A stretch of 38,517 nucleotides of DNA, taken from positions 1 to 38,517 of the IMG/VR virus record IMGVR_UViG_2713897161_000001. One strand, written 5' to 3'. Shown piece after piece: positions 8,048 through 17,357 of this stretch. Both the position numbers and the translations under genes were made by a program. The DNA is from a virus (taxonomy: Duplodnaviria > Heunggongvirae > Uroviricota > Caudoviricetes). The notes under the pieces were generated by a model, which made no database searches, was not told where the DNA came from, and was given only the letters and a program-made list of their open reading frames with translations. Numbering within the stretch: the first letter of the stretch is position 1; each line of letters starts with the position of its first letter.

Positions 8048-9473
8048 TTTTTATGCGCCGCCCCATAGCATCGAGGCAGAGCAGGCGGTGATTGGTGGAT
8101 TGCTTCTGGATGATGACAGCAGTGAGCGCGTCCAGAAAGTTCTGGCGATGCTGAAGCCTGATTCATTTTACAGCCGACCACACAAAATCATTTTCGAAGA
8201 AATAACCAGAATGCACCGTGAGCAAAAGCCAGTAGATGGCCTGACGCTTTTCGATGAACTGGAGCGTAAATCGTTAACTGTGTCTGTTGGCGGTTTTGCT
8301 TATATCGCTGAGATCGCAAAGAACACGCCAAGCGCAGCAAACATCGTTGCCTATGCAATGCAGGTTCGTGAAACCGCAATGGAACGCTACGCCATCAACC
8401 GCATGACTGAAGCGACGGAATTGCTCTATTCCCGCAACGGAATGACTGCAACGCAGAAGTACGAAGCTATTCAGTCGATTTTCACGCAACTGACAGACCA
8501 TGCAAAAACCGGATCGCGTCGCGGCCTTCGTTCATTTGGTGAGGTCATGGAAGACTGGGTTAGCGACCTTGAGAAGCGATTTGACCCATCAGGCGAACAA
8601 CGGGGAATGAGCACAGGGATCCCATCGCTGGACAGGATGCTGTCACCGAAAGGTCTGGTGAAAGGCTCTCTGTTTGTCATTGGCGCTCGCCCTAAGATGG
8701 GGAAAACGACGCTATACAGCCAGATGGCAATCAATTGCGCAGTGCATGAGAAAAAGCCCGCTTTGATGTTCAGCCTTGAAATGCCAGGTGATCAGATACT
8801 GGAAAAACTGGTAGGGCAGAAGTCTGGTGTTAACCCGAATATTTTTTACCTTCCGGCGACAAATGACGCTGATGACGGCTATCAGGGTGATTACGATGGT
8901 GACTTCAACAGGGCGATCGAAACAGCTAATCGCTTGAGTGAAATCGACATGCTTTACATCGACGACACGCCGGGATTATCTCTGGCTCAAATCGTCAGCG
9001 AAAGCCGTCGAATCAAGCGAGAAAAAGGATGTGTTGGCATGATTCTGGTCGATTACCTGACACTAATGACCGCTGAGAAGGCCGATCGCAACGACCTTGC
9101 TTACGGCATGATCACCAAAGGACTGAAGAACCTTGCCAAAGAGCTTGATTGCGTTGTTGTGCTTCTGACGCAGCTTAACCGCGCACTGGAAAGCCGAACC
9201 AATAAACGCCCATTACCAAGTGACTCGCGCGATACAGGGCAGATTGAACAGGATTGCGATTATTGGGTGGGGATCCATCGTGAAGGTGCTTTTGATGACA
9301 GTGTTCCGCCTGGTGAAACCGAACTAATCCTTCGTCTCAATCGTCATGGCAATACCGGCACGGTGTATTGCATTCAGGCAAATGGCGCTATTTATGACAC
9401 AGACCAACAGTCTGCTGAAATGCGCCGCCGTGAACGCGAGGAACCGCAGTCCAAGAAGAAAGGAGGATTCTGA
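8037..9473 (+). CDS. Replicative DNA helicase, DnaB family (P22 gene 12-like)
   Basis: Walker A-like GARPKMGKT, DnaB-like N-terminus; start placed at ATG 8037 (MTDNFYAPP) with GAGGGTG RBS, ATGA overlap with O-like stop. Confidence 0.85.
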   Translation: MTDNFYAPPHSIEAEQAVIGGLLLDDDSSERVQKVLAMLKPDSFYSRPHKIIFEEITRMHREQKPVDGLTLFDELERKSLTVSVGGFAYIAEIAKNTPSAANIVAYAMQVRETAMERYAINRMTEATELLYSRNGMTATQKYEAIQSIFTQLTDHAKTGSRRGLRSFGEVMEDWVSDLEKRFDPSGEQRGMSTGIPSLDRMLSPKGLVKGSLFVIGARPKMGKTTLYSQMAINCAVHEKKPALMFSLEMPGDQILEKLVGQKSGVNPNIFYLPATNDADDGYQGDYDGDFNRAIETANRLSEIDMLYIDDTPGLSLAQIVSESRRIKREKGCVGMILVDYLTLMTAEKADRNDLAYGMITKGLKNLAKELDCVVVLLTQLNRALESRTNKRPLPSDSRDTGQIEQDCDYWVGIHREGAFDDSVPPGETELILRLNRHGNTGTVYCIQANGAIYDTDQQSAEMRRREREEPQSKKKGGF

Positions 9474-9501
9474 TGACCATCTACATCACTGAGCTAATAA
9501 C

Positions 9502-9533
9502 AGGCCTGCTGGTAATCGCAGGCCTTTTTATTT
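9502..9533 (+). terminator. Intrinsic terminator (tR2-like) between replication and nin genes
   Basis: Hairpin AGGCCTGC/TGGTAATC/GCAGGCCT followed by TTTTTATTTG. Confidence 0.6.
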
Positions 9534-9549
9534 GGGGGAGAGGGAAGTC

Positions 9550-9990
9550 ATGAAAAAACTGACCTTTGAAATTCGATCTCCAGCACATCAGCAAAACGCT
9601 ATTCACGCAGTACAGCAAATCCTTCCAGACCCAACCAAACCAATCGTAGTAACCATTCAGGAACGCAACCGCAGCTTAGACCAGAATCGAAAGCTTTGGG
9701 CTTGCCTTGGTGACGTCTCTCGTCAGGTTGAATGGCATGGTCGCTGGCTGGATGCAGAAAGCTGGAAGTGTGTGTTTACCGCAGCATTAAAGCAGCAGGA
9801 TGTTGTTCCTAACCTTTCCGGGAATGGCTTTGTGGTAATAGGCCAGTCAACCAGCAGGATGCGTGTAAGCGAATTTGCGGAGCTATTAGAGCTTATACAG
9901 GCATTCGGTACAGAGCGTGGCGTTAAGTGGTCAGACGAAGCGCGACTGGCTCTCGAATGGAAAGCGCGATGGGGAGATCGGGCTGCATGA
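9550..9990 (+). CDS. ninB: NinB (Orf-family recombination protein)
   Basis: Protein from MKKLTFEIRSPAHQQ... recalled as nearly identical to lambda NinB; start at 9550 preferred over 9532. Confidence 0.85.
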   Translation: MKKLTFEIRSPAHQQNAIHAVQQILPDPTKPIVVTIQERNRSLDQNRKLWACLGDVSRQVEWHGRWLDAESWKCVFTAALKQQDVVPNLSGNGFVVIGQSTSRMRVSEFAELLELIQAFGTERGVKWSDEARLALEWKARWGDRAA

Positions 9991-10514
9991 CTATCAAATC
10001 AAATACGCCAGCACACGACAAGGACTGCTGGCAAACGCCGCTTTGGCTTTTTGATGCACTGGATATTGAGTTTGGATTCTGGCTGGATTCAGCTGCGAGC
10101 GACAAAAATGCTCTGTGCGCTCACTGGCTAACTGAGGCCGACGACGCGCTCAATTCTGAGTGGGTAAGCCACGGAGCAATCTGGAATAACCCACCGTACA
10201 GCAATATCAGGCCGTGGGTGGAAAAAGCCGCTGAGCAGTGCATACAACAGCGACAGACGGTAGTTATGCTTGTGCCAGAGGATATGTCAGTCGGATGGTT
10301 CAGCAAGGCTCTGGAGAGTGTCGACGAAGTTCGCATTATCACTGATGGACGGATTAATTTTATCGAACCATCGACAGGGCTGGAGAAGAAGGGAAACAGC
10401 AAAGGCTCCATGCTGCTGATTTGGCGACCGTTCATCAGTCCTCGACGGATGTTTACTACCGTATCCAAAGCGGCATTGATGGCGATCGGGCAGGGCGTCA
10501 GGAGGGCGGCATGA
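9987..10514 (+). CDS. Phage DNA N6-adenine methyltransferase
   Basis: NPPY catalytic motif (WNNPPYSN); start at ATG 9987 (MTIKS) overlapping ninB stop. Confidence 0.8.
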   Translation: MTIKSNTPAHDKDCWQTPLWLFDALDIEFGFWLDSAASDKNALCAHWLTEADDALNSEWVSHGAIWNNPPYSNIRPWVEKAAEQCIQQRQTVVMLVPEDMSVGWFSKALESVDEVRIITDGRINFIEPSTGLEKKGNSKGSMLLIWRPFISPRRMFTTVSKAALMAIGQGVRRAA

Positions 10515-10693
10515 GGCGACAGCGACGAAGTTTCACCGACATCATCTGCGAAAACTGCAAATACATTCCAACGAAACGCTCCAGAAATAAACGCAAGCCA
10601 ATCCCAAAAGAATCTGACGTAAAAACCTTCAACTACACGGCTCACCTGTGGGATATCCGGTGGCTTAGAGAACGTGCGAGGAAAACAAGGTGA
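10511..10693 (+). CDS. ninE: NinE
   Basis: 60 aa [29 protein letters not shown]... recalled as lambda NinE; internal start of listed ORF. Confidence 0.8.
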   Translation: MRRQRRSFTDIICENCKYIPTKRSRNKRKPIPKESDVKTFNYTAHLWDIRWLRERARKTR

Positions 10694-10860
10694 TTGACCA
10701 AAATCGAAGTTACGAACAAGAAAGCGTCGAGCGAGCTTTAACGTGCGCTAACTGCGGTCAGAAGCTGCATGTGCTGGAAGTTAACGTGTGTGAGCACTGC
10801 TGCGCAGAACTGATGAGCGATCCGAATAGCTCAATGTACGAGGAAGAAGACGATGAATGA
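10690..10860 (+). CDS. ninF: NinF
   Basis: GTG start overlapping ninE stop; 56 aa Cys-rich peptide ([20 protein letters not shown]) recalled as lambda NinF. Confidence 0.7.
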   Translation: MIDQNRSYEQESVERALTCANCGQKLHVLEVNVCEHCCAELMSDPNSSMYEEEDDE

Positions 10861-11578
10861 GTTAATAAATGGCAATGCCATCAAAATGACAAGCATTGAA
10901 ATCGCTGAGTTGGTAGAAAGCCGCCATAGCAATGTAAAAGTATCCATAGATAGATTGGTGAAACGTGGCGTTATCAAGCCTCCTGCATTGCAGCACACTA
11001 ACATAATCAATGATTTAGGTGTTATTACCGGGAAGCGTGATTTCTACGTCTTCGAGGGCGAACAAGGAAAGCGAGACAGCATTATTGTCGTCGCCCAATT
11101 GTCGCCGGAATTCACCGCTCGTCTTGTTGACCGTTGGCGAGAGCTTGAAGAAACTGCGGTTAATATCCCCAAAACGCTACCAGAAGCGTTGCGCCTTGCT
11201 GCTGATCTTGCTGAGCAGAAAATGCAACTGGAAAACCAGCTCGCAATTGCCGCACCTAAAGTTGAGTTTGCCGATCGCGTTGGCGAGGCCAGCGGAATTT
11301 TGATTGGAAACTTTGCAAAGGTTGTTGGAATTGGTCCAAACAAACTGTTTGCGTGGATGCGCGATCACAAAATCCTTATTGCTTCAGGTTCCCGGCGCAA
11401 TGTGCCAATGCAGGAATATATGGATCGTGGCTATTTCGCAGTGAAAGAAACAGCGGTCAACACAAATCACGGAATACAGATATCGTTCACCACAAAAATC
11501 ACCGGGCGTGGTCAACAGTGGCTGACCAGAAAGCTGCTCGATAACGGAATGCTGAAAGTAACAGGGGAGGCTGCTTAA
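10853..11578 (+). CDS. Phage antirepressor-like protein (N-terminal regulatory domain plus KilA-C/Ant C-terminal domain)
   Basis: 241 aa; domain architecture recalled from Ant/KilAC proteins. Confidence 0.6.
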   Translation: MNELINGNAIKMTSIEIAELVESRHSNVKVSIDRLVKRGVIKPPALQHTNIINDLGVITGKRDFYVFEGEQGKRDSIIVVAQLSPEFTARLVDRWRELEETAVNIPKTLPEALRLAADLAEQKMQLENQLAIAAPKVEFADRVGEASGILIGNFAKVVGIGPNKLFAWMRDHKILIASGSRRNVPMQEYMDRGYFAVKETAVNTNHGIQISFTTKITGRGQQWLTRKLLDNGMLKVTGEAA

Positions 11579-11868
11579 TGGCTAACCTACGCAAAGAAGC
11601 ACGCGGCAGAGAATGCCAGGTACGTATTTACGGCGTATGCAATGGTAATCCTGAAACTACAGTTCTGGCACATTACCGGATGGCTGGAATTTGCGGAACG
11701 GGAATGAAGCCTGACGACCTGATCGGTGCATGGGCTTGTAGTGACTGCCACGCGGAGATCGACCGACGCACCCATAATCTCGACAACAAAGACGCCAGAC
11801 TTTACCACCTCGAAGGCGTGATCAGGACGCAGGCGATACTGCTGAAGGAGGGGAAGATTAAGTCATGA
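11578..11868 (+). CDS. YbcO-like protein (DUF1364, putative nuclease)
   Basis: 96 aa with Cys motif CQVR...CNGNPET...CSDCH recalled as DLP12 YbcO-like. Confidence 0.65.
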   Translation: MANLRKEARGRECQVRIYGVCNGNPETTVLAHYRMAGICGTGMKPDDLIGAWACSDCHAEIDRRTHNLDNKDARLYHLEGVIRTQAILLKEGKIKS

Positions 11869-12260
11869 AAACCTACCGAATAAAATTGCCGTGGCCTCCT
11901 TCAAACAACCGATATTGGCGACACTCAAGAGGGATCCACTACATCAGCGACTGGGGTAAGAGATACCAAGAAGAAGTAATCGAATTAATCCAGCAACAAC
12001 AGCTAGACATCAAAATCACACCTCGCATCAGAATAACCATCCACGCAGCACCTCCCGATAACCGCAAACGAGATTTGGACAATCTGCCAAAAGCCGTTTT
12101 TGACGCACTCACCAGTGCGGGCTTCTGGCTGGATGACGGTCAGATAGACGATATGCGCGTCATTCGCTATCAGGCGATTAAAGGTGGAATGCTTTTGTTG
12201 GTTGTGACTGAAACATGCGGCAGTTTGCCAATGATTACAGAGCTACTGGAGGCCGCATGA
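11865..12260 (+). CDS. rusA: RusA-family Holliday junction resolvase
   Basis: 131 aa; catalytic-acid region (DLDNLPKAVFDAL) recalled from RusA. Confidence 0.8.
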   Translation: MKTYRIKLPWPPSNNRYWRHSRGIHYISDWGKRYQEEVIELIQQQQLDIKITPRIRITIHAAPPDNRKRDLDNLPKAVFDALTSAGFWLDDGQIDDMRVIRYQAIKGGMLLLVVTETCGSLPMITELLEAA

Positions 12261-12463
12261 CGTTCTCAGTAAAAACCATTCCAGACATGCTCGTTGAAGC
12301 ATACGGAAACCAGACAGAAGTAGCACGCAGACTGAAATGTAGTCGCGGCACGGTCAGAAAATACGTTGATGATAAAGACGGGAAAATGCACGCCATCGTC
12401 AACGACGTTCTTATGGTTCATCGCGGATGGAGTGAAAGAGATGCGCTATTACGAAAGAATTGA
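12257..12463 (+). CDS. ninH: NinH
   Basis: 68 aa [36 protein letters not shown]... recalled as lambda NinH; ATGA overlap with rusA stop. Confidence 0.8.
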   Translation: MTFSVKTIPDMLVEAYGNQTEVARRLKCSRGTVRKYVDDKDGKMHAIVNDVLMVHRGWSERDALLRKN

Positions 12464-13112
12464 TGGCAGCAAATACCGAAATATTTGGGTAGTTGGCGAT
12501 CTGCACGGATGCTACACGAACCTGATGAAAAAACTGGAGACGATAGGATTCGACACCAAAAAAGACCTGCTTATCTCGGTTGGCGATTTGGTCGATCGCG
12601 GTACAGAGAACGTCGAATGCCTGGAATTAATCACATTCCCCTGGTTCATAGCTGTACGTGGAAACCATGAGCAAATGATGATTGATGGCTTATCAGAGTG
12701 CGGAAACGTCAATCACTGGCTGCTTAATGGCGGTAGTTGGTTCTTTAATCTCGATTACGACAAAGAAACTCTGGCTAAAGCTCTTGCCCATAAAGCAGAA
12801 GAACTTCCGTTAATCATCGAACTGGTGAGCAAAGATAAAAAATATGTCATCTGCCACGCCGATTATCCTTGTGACGAATACGAGTTTGGAAAGCCAGTTG
12901 ATCATCAGCAGGTAATCTGGAACCGCGAACGAATCAGCAACTCACAAGACGGGATCGTAAAAGAAATCAAAGGAGCGGACACGTTCATCTTTGGTCATAC
13001 GCCAGCAGTGAAACCACTCAAATTTGCCAACCAGATGTATATCGATACCGGCGCAGTGTTCTGCGGAAACCTCACATTGATTCAGGTACAGGGAGAAGGC
13101 GCGTGGGCATAA
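12441..13112 (+). CDS. Ser/Thr protein phosphatase (lambda PPase-like)
   Basis: Metallophosphatase motifs GDLHG, GDLVDRG, GNHE; sequence from [23 protein letters not shown] recalled as lambda phosphatase. Confidence 0.9.
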   Translation: MRYYERIDGSKYRNIWVVGDLHGCYTNLMKKLETIGFDTKKDLLISVGDLVDRGTENVECLELITFPWFIAVRGNHEQMMIDGLSECGNVNHWLLNGGSWFFNLDYDKETLAKALAHKAEELPLIIELVSKDKKYVICHADYPCDEYEFGKPVDHQQVIWNRERISNSQDGIVKEIKGADTFIFGHTPAVKPLKFANQMYIDTGAVFCGNLTLIQVQGEGAWA

Positions 13113-13621
13113 GAGAACTAAACCTCACCAAAGAACAGCATGAGTGGCTGAATGGCTGGCTTGAACTGTGGGGCGCATGGGTTTATTCAGGTCGTCTGGA
13201 AAAGCGCATGAGCAGCGTAATAGCGAAGTTCATGGAGAGCGTAGAGCCGGGAAGAGTTATGACAAGGCCAATGTGCAATGATGATGATGGAATGTTGATT
13301 TCTCAGGTCGTCGATTCCGTCATGTACATTGACAAGAAAGCCTTTGGCATCCTCCTCAGCTACTACGCTCATGGTTCATCTAAGCGAGCAATTGCATCCT
13401 ACTATCACGCGACTGCAAAGCCACGCAAGATGTGTGGACGTGGTGGCGAGGGATGGAGAAAACCTTCACTGGCAACCTGTAGAAACGAAATTGACGACAT
13501 CCTGAAAGCGTCGTTATTTGTTTTGTACCAGCCAATGCAAAATGCTTTCAAAATGCGTAAACGTGTTGAGAAAGTTAAGCATGTTGCTGTTAAAGGCCTT
13601 GACATGCAATTATCCATTTAG
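13103..13621 (+). CDS. Q: Late-gene antiterminator Q (phage 82-type family)
   Basis: 172 aa with WGAW, CNDDDGM and SYYAHG segments resembling 82-type Q as recalled; located between nin genes and a pR'-like promoter/terminator pair. Confidence 0.6.
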   Translation: MGIRELNLTKEQHEWLNGWLELWGAWVYSGRLEKRMSSVIAKFMESVEPGRVMTRPMCNDDDGMLISQVVDSVMYIDKKAFGILLSYYAHGSSKRAIASYYHATAKPRKMCGRGGEGWRKPSLATCRNEIDDILKASLFVLYQPMQNAFKMRKRVEKVKHVAVKGLDMQLSI

Positions 13622-13628
13622 CCATAAT
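13599..13628 (+). promoter_or_regulatory. Late promoter pR' candidate
   Basis: TTGACA at 13599-13604, 18-nt spacer, CATAAT at 13623-13628; overlaps the 3' end of Q. Confidence 0.5.
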
Positions 13629-13669
13629 ATTCACATATGCTGCTGCTTTTGCATTCAGCAACCATCACA

Positions 13670-13694
13670 AGCCCACCTCCTGTGGGCTTTTTTG
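13670..13694 (+). terminator. tR'-like intrinsic terminator
   Basis: Hairpin AGCCCAC/CTCCT/GTGGGCT followed by TTTTTG, about 40 nt downstream of the putative pR' start. Confidence 0.55.
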
Positions 13695-13815
13695 CATTCG
13701 CGTGCAATCAAAACAAGAGTCTTAGTGATATGGGCCTGAGATATGGTGGTGGAAACATCGCTCCGCTCTTGGCTGTCATATCTACGCGAACAGGCTCTAT
13801 CCCTAAGGTAAAGCG

Positions 13816-14328
13816 ATGAAAGAAATAAAATTAACGCCAGAAATGGTGCTTTCTGTTGTTGATTACAATCCATCATCAGGCGACTTTCACTGGAGATGGA
13901 GGCAGGGGAGAGAGAGGACCACTTTGACATGGAACTCTCGTTTTGCTTTCAAGAAATGCTCATCAATAAATTCTGATGGGTATTTAATGATTATGATTAA
14001 TGGTAAAGCATACCCTGCTCACAGACTGGCATGGTTGATTGTTTATGGCACCATGCCCGATGGTTTTATTGATCACATCAACAGGGTAAGAACAGATAAC
14101 CGGATATCAAATCTTCGTCTTGTCACTCATTCCGAAAATATGCAAAACAGGAAAATTCAGAAGAATAATAAATCTGGATACCGTGGCGTGTCTTGGGATG
14201 CTAAGTACGGGAAATGGAGAGCAAGAATTAATGCGTCTGGAAAGTGTATTAACCTTGGATACCATGACACTGCCGAACTTGCCGCTGCGGCTTTTGAGGC
14301 AGCCAGAATGAAATATCATACCGTTTAA
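13816..14328 (+). CDS. HNH homing endonuclease with AP2-like DNA-binding domain
   Basis: 170 aa; HNH-like region (DHINRVRTDNRISNLRLVTHSEN) and AP2-like region (SGYRGVSWDAKYGKWRARI). Confidence 0.75.
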   Translation: MKEIKLTPEMVLSVVDYNPSSGDFHWRWRQGRERTTLTWNSRFAFKKCSSINSDGYLMIMINGKAYPAHRLAWLIVYGTMPDGFIDHINRVRTDNRISNLRLVTHSENMQNRKIQKNNKSGYRGVSWDAKYGKWRARINASGKCINLGYHDTAELAAAAFEAARMKYHTV

Positions 14329-14340
14329 AGATGTAAGCTG

Positions 14341-14380
14341 CCGTTAGTGACTCTTAAGTTGCAACGGTGGCTTTTTTTTA
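14341..14380 (+). terminator. Intrinsic terminator after HNH gene
   Basis: Hairpin CCGTTAG...CAACGG followed by TGGCTTTTTTTTATTT. Confidence 0.5.
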
Positions 14381-14383
14381 TTT

Positions 14384-14458
14384 GGGTCAGTCGTATAAAG
14401 GTCATTACGGAAGGCTGTTAACCTTCTTATCGTGGTTCGAGTCCACGCTGTCCCGCCA
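14384..14458 (+). tRNA. tRNA-Asn (anticodon GTT), phage-encoded
   Basis: Manual fold: acceptor GGGTCAG/CTGTCCC (one mismatch), anticodon stem GAAGG/CCTTC with loop CTGTTAA (anticodon at tRNA positions 34-36), T-arm CGTGG-TTCGAGT-CCACG, 3' GCCA. Confidence 0.6.
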
Positions 14459-14463
14459 AACAT

Positions 14464-14539
14464 GCTGGTTTAGCTCCAATGGTAGAGCGGTCGCCTTGTA
14501 AGCGAATGGGTAGCGGTTCAAGTCCGTTAACCAGCACCA
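14464..14539 (+). tRNA. tRNA-Thr (anticodon TGT), phage-encoded
   Basis: Manual fold: acceptor GCTGGTT/AACCAGC, D-arm GCTC-CAATGGTA-GAGC, anticodon loop CTTGTAA, T-arm AGCGG-TTCAAGT-CCGTT, 3' ACCA. Confidence 0.65.
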
Positions 14540-14781
14540 TAACTGAGCCGTAGCCACTGGCTATCCTGAATTCATCAGTGATAGTTATGCTGCGGCCTTT
14601 TACACATGACCTTCGTGAAAGCGGGTGGCAGGAGGTCGCGCTAACAACCTCCTGCCGTTTTGCCCGTGCATATCGGTCACGAACAAATCTGATTACTAAA
14701 CACAGTAGCCTGGATTTGTTCTATCAGTAATCGACCTTATTCCTAATTAAATAGAGCAAATCCCCTTATTGGGGGTAAGAC

Positions 14782-15105
14782 ATGAAGATGCCAGAAAAAC
14801 ATGACCTGTTGGCCGCCATTCTCGCGGCAAAGGAACAAGGCATCGGGGCAATCCTTGCGTTTGCAATGGCGTACCTTCGCGGCAGATATAATGGCGGTGC
14901 GTTTACAAAAACAGTAATCGACGCAACGATGTGCGCCATTATCGCCTGGTTCATTCGTGACCTTCTCGACTTCGCCGGACTAAGTAGCAATCTCGCTTAT
15001 ATAACGAGCGTGTTTATCGGCTACATCGGTACTGACTCGATTGGTTCGCTTATCAAACGCTTCGCTGCTAAAAAAGCCGGAGTAGAAGATGGTGGAAATC
15101 AATAA
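14782..15105 (+). CDS. S: Holin, class I (lambda S-like) with dual-start MKM motif
   Basis: 107 aa [22 protein letters not shown]... recalled as essentially lambda S. Confidence 0.9.
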   Translation: MKMPEKHDLLAAILAAKEQGIGAILAFAMAYLRGRYNGGAFTKTVIDATMCAIIAWFIRDLLDFAGLSSNLAYITSVFIGYIGTDSIGSLIKRFAAKKAGVEDGGNQ

Positions 15106-15565
15106 TCAACGTAAGGCGTTCCTCGATATGCTGGCGTGGTCGGAGGGAACTGATAACGGACGTCAAAAAACCAGAAATCATGGTTATGACGTCATTGTAG
15201 GCGGAGAGCTATTCACTGATTACTCCGATCACCCTCGCAAACTTGTCACGCTAAACCCAAAACTCAAATCAACAGCCGCCGGGCGTTACCAGCTTCTTTC
15301 CCGTTGGTGGGATGCCTATCGTAAGCAGCTTGGCCTGAAAGACTTCTCTCCGAAAAGCCAGGACGCTGTGGCACTGCAACAGATTAAAGAACGTGGCGCT
15401 TTACCGATGATTGATCGCGGTGATATTCGTCAGGCAATTGACCGTTGCAGCAATATCTGGGCTTCACTTCCGGGCGCTGGTTATGGTCAGTTCGAGCATA
15501 AGGCTGACAGCCTGATTGCAAAATTCAAAGAAGCGGGCGGAACGGTCAGAGAGATTGAGGTATGA
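15089..15565 (+). CDS. R: Endolysin (lambda R-type lytic transglycosylase)
   Basis: 158 aa recalled as lambda R-like; overlaps S end. Confidence 0.9.
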   Translation: MVEINNQRKAFLDMLAWSEGTDNGRQKTRNHGYDVIVGGELFTDYSDHPRKLVTLNPKLKSTAAGRYQLLSRWWDAYRKQLGLKDFSPKSQDAVALQQIKERGALPMIDRGDIRQAIDRCSNIWASLPGAGYGQFEHKADSLIAKFKEAGGTVREIEV

Positions 15566-15999
15566 GCAGAGTCACCGCGATTATTTCCGCTCTGGTTATC
15601 TGCATCATCGTTTGCCTGTTATGGGCTGTTAATCATTACCGTGATAACGCCATCGCCTACAAAGAGCAGCGCGACAAAGCCGCATCCATCATCGCTGACA
15701 TGCAGAAGCGTCAACGTGATGTAGCAGAACTAGACGCCAGATACACAAAGGAGCTTGCTGATGCTAACGCGACTATCGAAAGTCTCCGTGCTGATGTTTC
15801 TGCTGGGCGTAAGCGCCTGCAAGTCGCCGCCACCTGTGCAAAGTCAACGACCGGAGCCAGCAGCATGGGCGATGGAGAAAGCCCAAGACTTACAGCAGAT
15901 GCTGAACTCAATTATTACCGTCTCCGAAGTGGAATAGACAGGATAACCGCGCAGGTTAACTACCTGCAGGAGTACATCAGGACGCAATGCCTTCGATGA
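15562..15999 (+). CDS. Rz: Spanin inner-membrane subunit Rz
   Basis: N-terminal TM segment then coiled coil; position after R; embedded Rz1 frame. Confidence 0.85.
   Translation: MSRVTAIISALVICIIVCLLWAVNHYRDNAIAYKEQRDKAASIIADMQKRQRDVAELDARYTKELADANATIESLRADVSAGRKRLQVAATCAKSTTGASSMGDGESPRLTADAELNYYRLRSGIDRITAQVNYLQEYIRTQCLR
15755..15937 (+). CDS. Rz1: Spanin outer-membrane lipoprotein subunit Rz1 (embedded in Rz, +1 frame)
   Basis: 60 aa with lipobox (LGVSAC) and proline-rich segment, entirely inside Rz. Confidence 0.7.
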   Translation: MLMLTRLSKVSVLMFLLGVSACKSPPPVQSQRPEPAAWAMEKAQDLQQMLNSIITVSEVE

Positions 16000-16218
16000 T
16001 AGCGATAATTTTACTCATCATCCTTCACATCTGGCTCTGTAGACAGGGTGGTGATCACTTCTGGAGTAAATCCAGATTAAACATCTCATTGCTGATGCTT
16101 GATATTGAGCATCTGGCGCGCAGTAAGGGGCTGCGTTGAGATAAGAGTCAGTTCATTACAAATACCAGGATTTAGCCTCGCATTTGCGGGGCTTTTTATT
16201 GCAACAAAGGTAAAGACG

Positions 16219-16506
16219 ATGGATGAAGAATATCGTAAAGACCTGCAACTGTGGTTTGGTCTTACGCATGCGCCGTTCTGCGTGATGCCGCGAGTATTCA
16301 TGGAGGCTATGCCGCCAGAATGGCAAGAGAAGATGGCTCAGTTGCTTTTTGAGTATAGCGACACAATAAAAACGGATGTCTGCGGAGTTCACAGCTGTTT
16401 TGTTACTGCCAAAGACGGCAACAACCGCTTTATGAGGATGCCAGAAGATATTCTGAACTATCGTCATCCCCGACGTGAATTCATCGAATCATTTCTGAAG
16501 AAGTAG
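16219..16506 (+). CDS. Hypothetical protein (95 aa from internal start MDEEYRKDL)
   Basis: ORF after lysis cassette; internal start chosen for plausible RBS; no family recognised. Confidence 0.4.
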   Translation: MDEEYRKDLQLWFGLTHAPFCVMPRVFMEAMPPEWQEKMAQLLFEYSDTIKTDVCGVHSCFVTAKDGNNRFMRMPEDILNYRHPRREFIESFLKK

Positions 16507-16800
16507 CCATTACAAAGCCTATCTACGGGTGGGCTTGATAATGAAACCGGAATTTATTCTGGGCAACCAGTTACGGCAGTACAGCGAAACAACCCAAGCC
16601 AGTAAGTGGGGAAATAACACTGGCAGCCACTGAAAGATGAACCTCCAGCCTTATGGCAAAAAAGATTCTTTGTGGTGGCGGACTGATGGAAAGACATCGG
16701 TTATTGCAGAGACCATTCAATGAGTGGTCTCGACAATGGCTTATACCCTGCACGGGATAACTTAACTGATATCCCTTTTAACGGATAAACGGAGCCAACA

Positions 16801-17355
16801 ATGGCAAAGCTCACAGACAAACAAGAGCTGTTTGCCCGTGAGTACCTGAAAGATTTAAACGCCACTCAGGCAGCTATCAGGGCGGGTTACAGCGAAAAAA
16901 CTGCTCGCGCCACTGGTAGCGAGAACCTGTCAAAACCTGACATAGCAGATCGCATTGCTGAGCTAAAGGCTGAACGCAATGAAGAGGTAGGTATAGACGC
17001 TGCCTATGTATTGCGACGGCTGACTGAAATAGACCAGATGGACGTGCTGGATATCCTGCTTGCCAATGGCGAACTGAAGCCGATTAAAGACTGGCCCAAA
17101 GTATGGAGAACGACTCTATCGGGTATGGATGTCGTCGAGATGGTATCCGCAGATAGCGCCGCACTTCTGAAGAAAATCAAATGGCCTGATAAGGTTAAAA
17201 ACCTTGAGTTGCTTGGGCGTCATGTTTCTGTTCAGGCGTTTAAAGACAACGTCAAAAATGAAGTGACTGGCGCTGATGGAGGACCAGTCAGAACAGAAAT
17301 TACCAACTTAACGCCGGAGCAGGCTGCAGAGGCGTATAGAAAAATGATGGGCTAA
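16801..17355 (+). CDS. Terminase small subunit
   Basis: 184 aa, N-terminal HTH-like region ([27 protein letters not shown]) typical of small terminase; immediately upstream of large subunit. Confidence 0.8.
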   Translation: MAKLTDKQELFAREYLKDLNATQAAIRAGYSEKTARATGSENLSKPDIADRIAELKAERNEEVGIDAAYVLRRLTEIDQMDVLDILLANGELKPIKDWPKVWRTTLSGMDVVEMVSADSAALLKKIKWPDKVKNLELLGRHVSVQAFKDNVKNEVTGADGGPVRTEITNLTPEQAAEAYRKMMG

Positions 17356-17357
17356 GT

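Noticed and set aside
9532-9549. Upstream start (MGEREV) for ninB and extended N-termini listed for 9927, 10421, 12215, 12366 ORFs
   Set aside because: Internal starts give products matching the expected protein N-termini from memory and make stop-start overlaps with upstream genes.
10121-10645. 174-aa minus-strand ORF across the methyltransferase/ninE region
   Set aside because: Opposite to a tightly coupled plus-strand operon whose products match known proteins.
16507-16800. cos or pac site upstream of terminase small subunit
   Set aside because: Expected location, but I could not identify a recognisable cos sequence or repeat set by eye; left unannotated.
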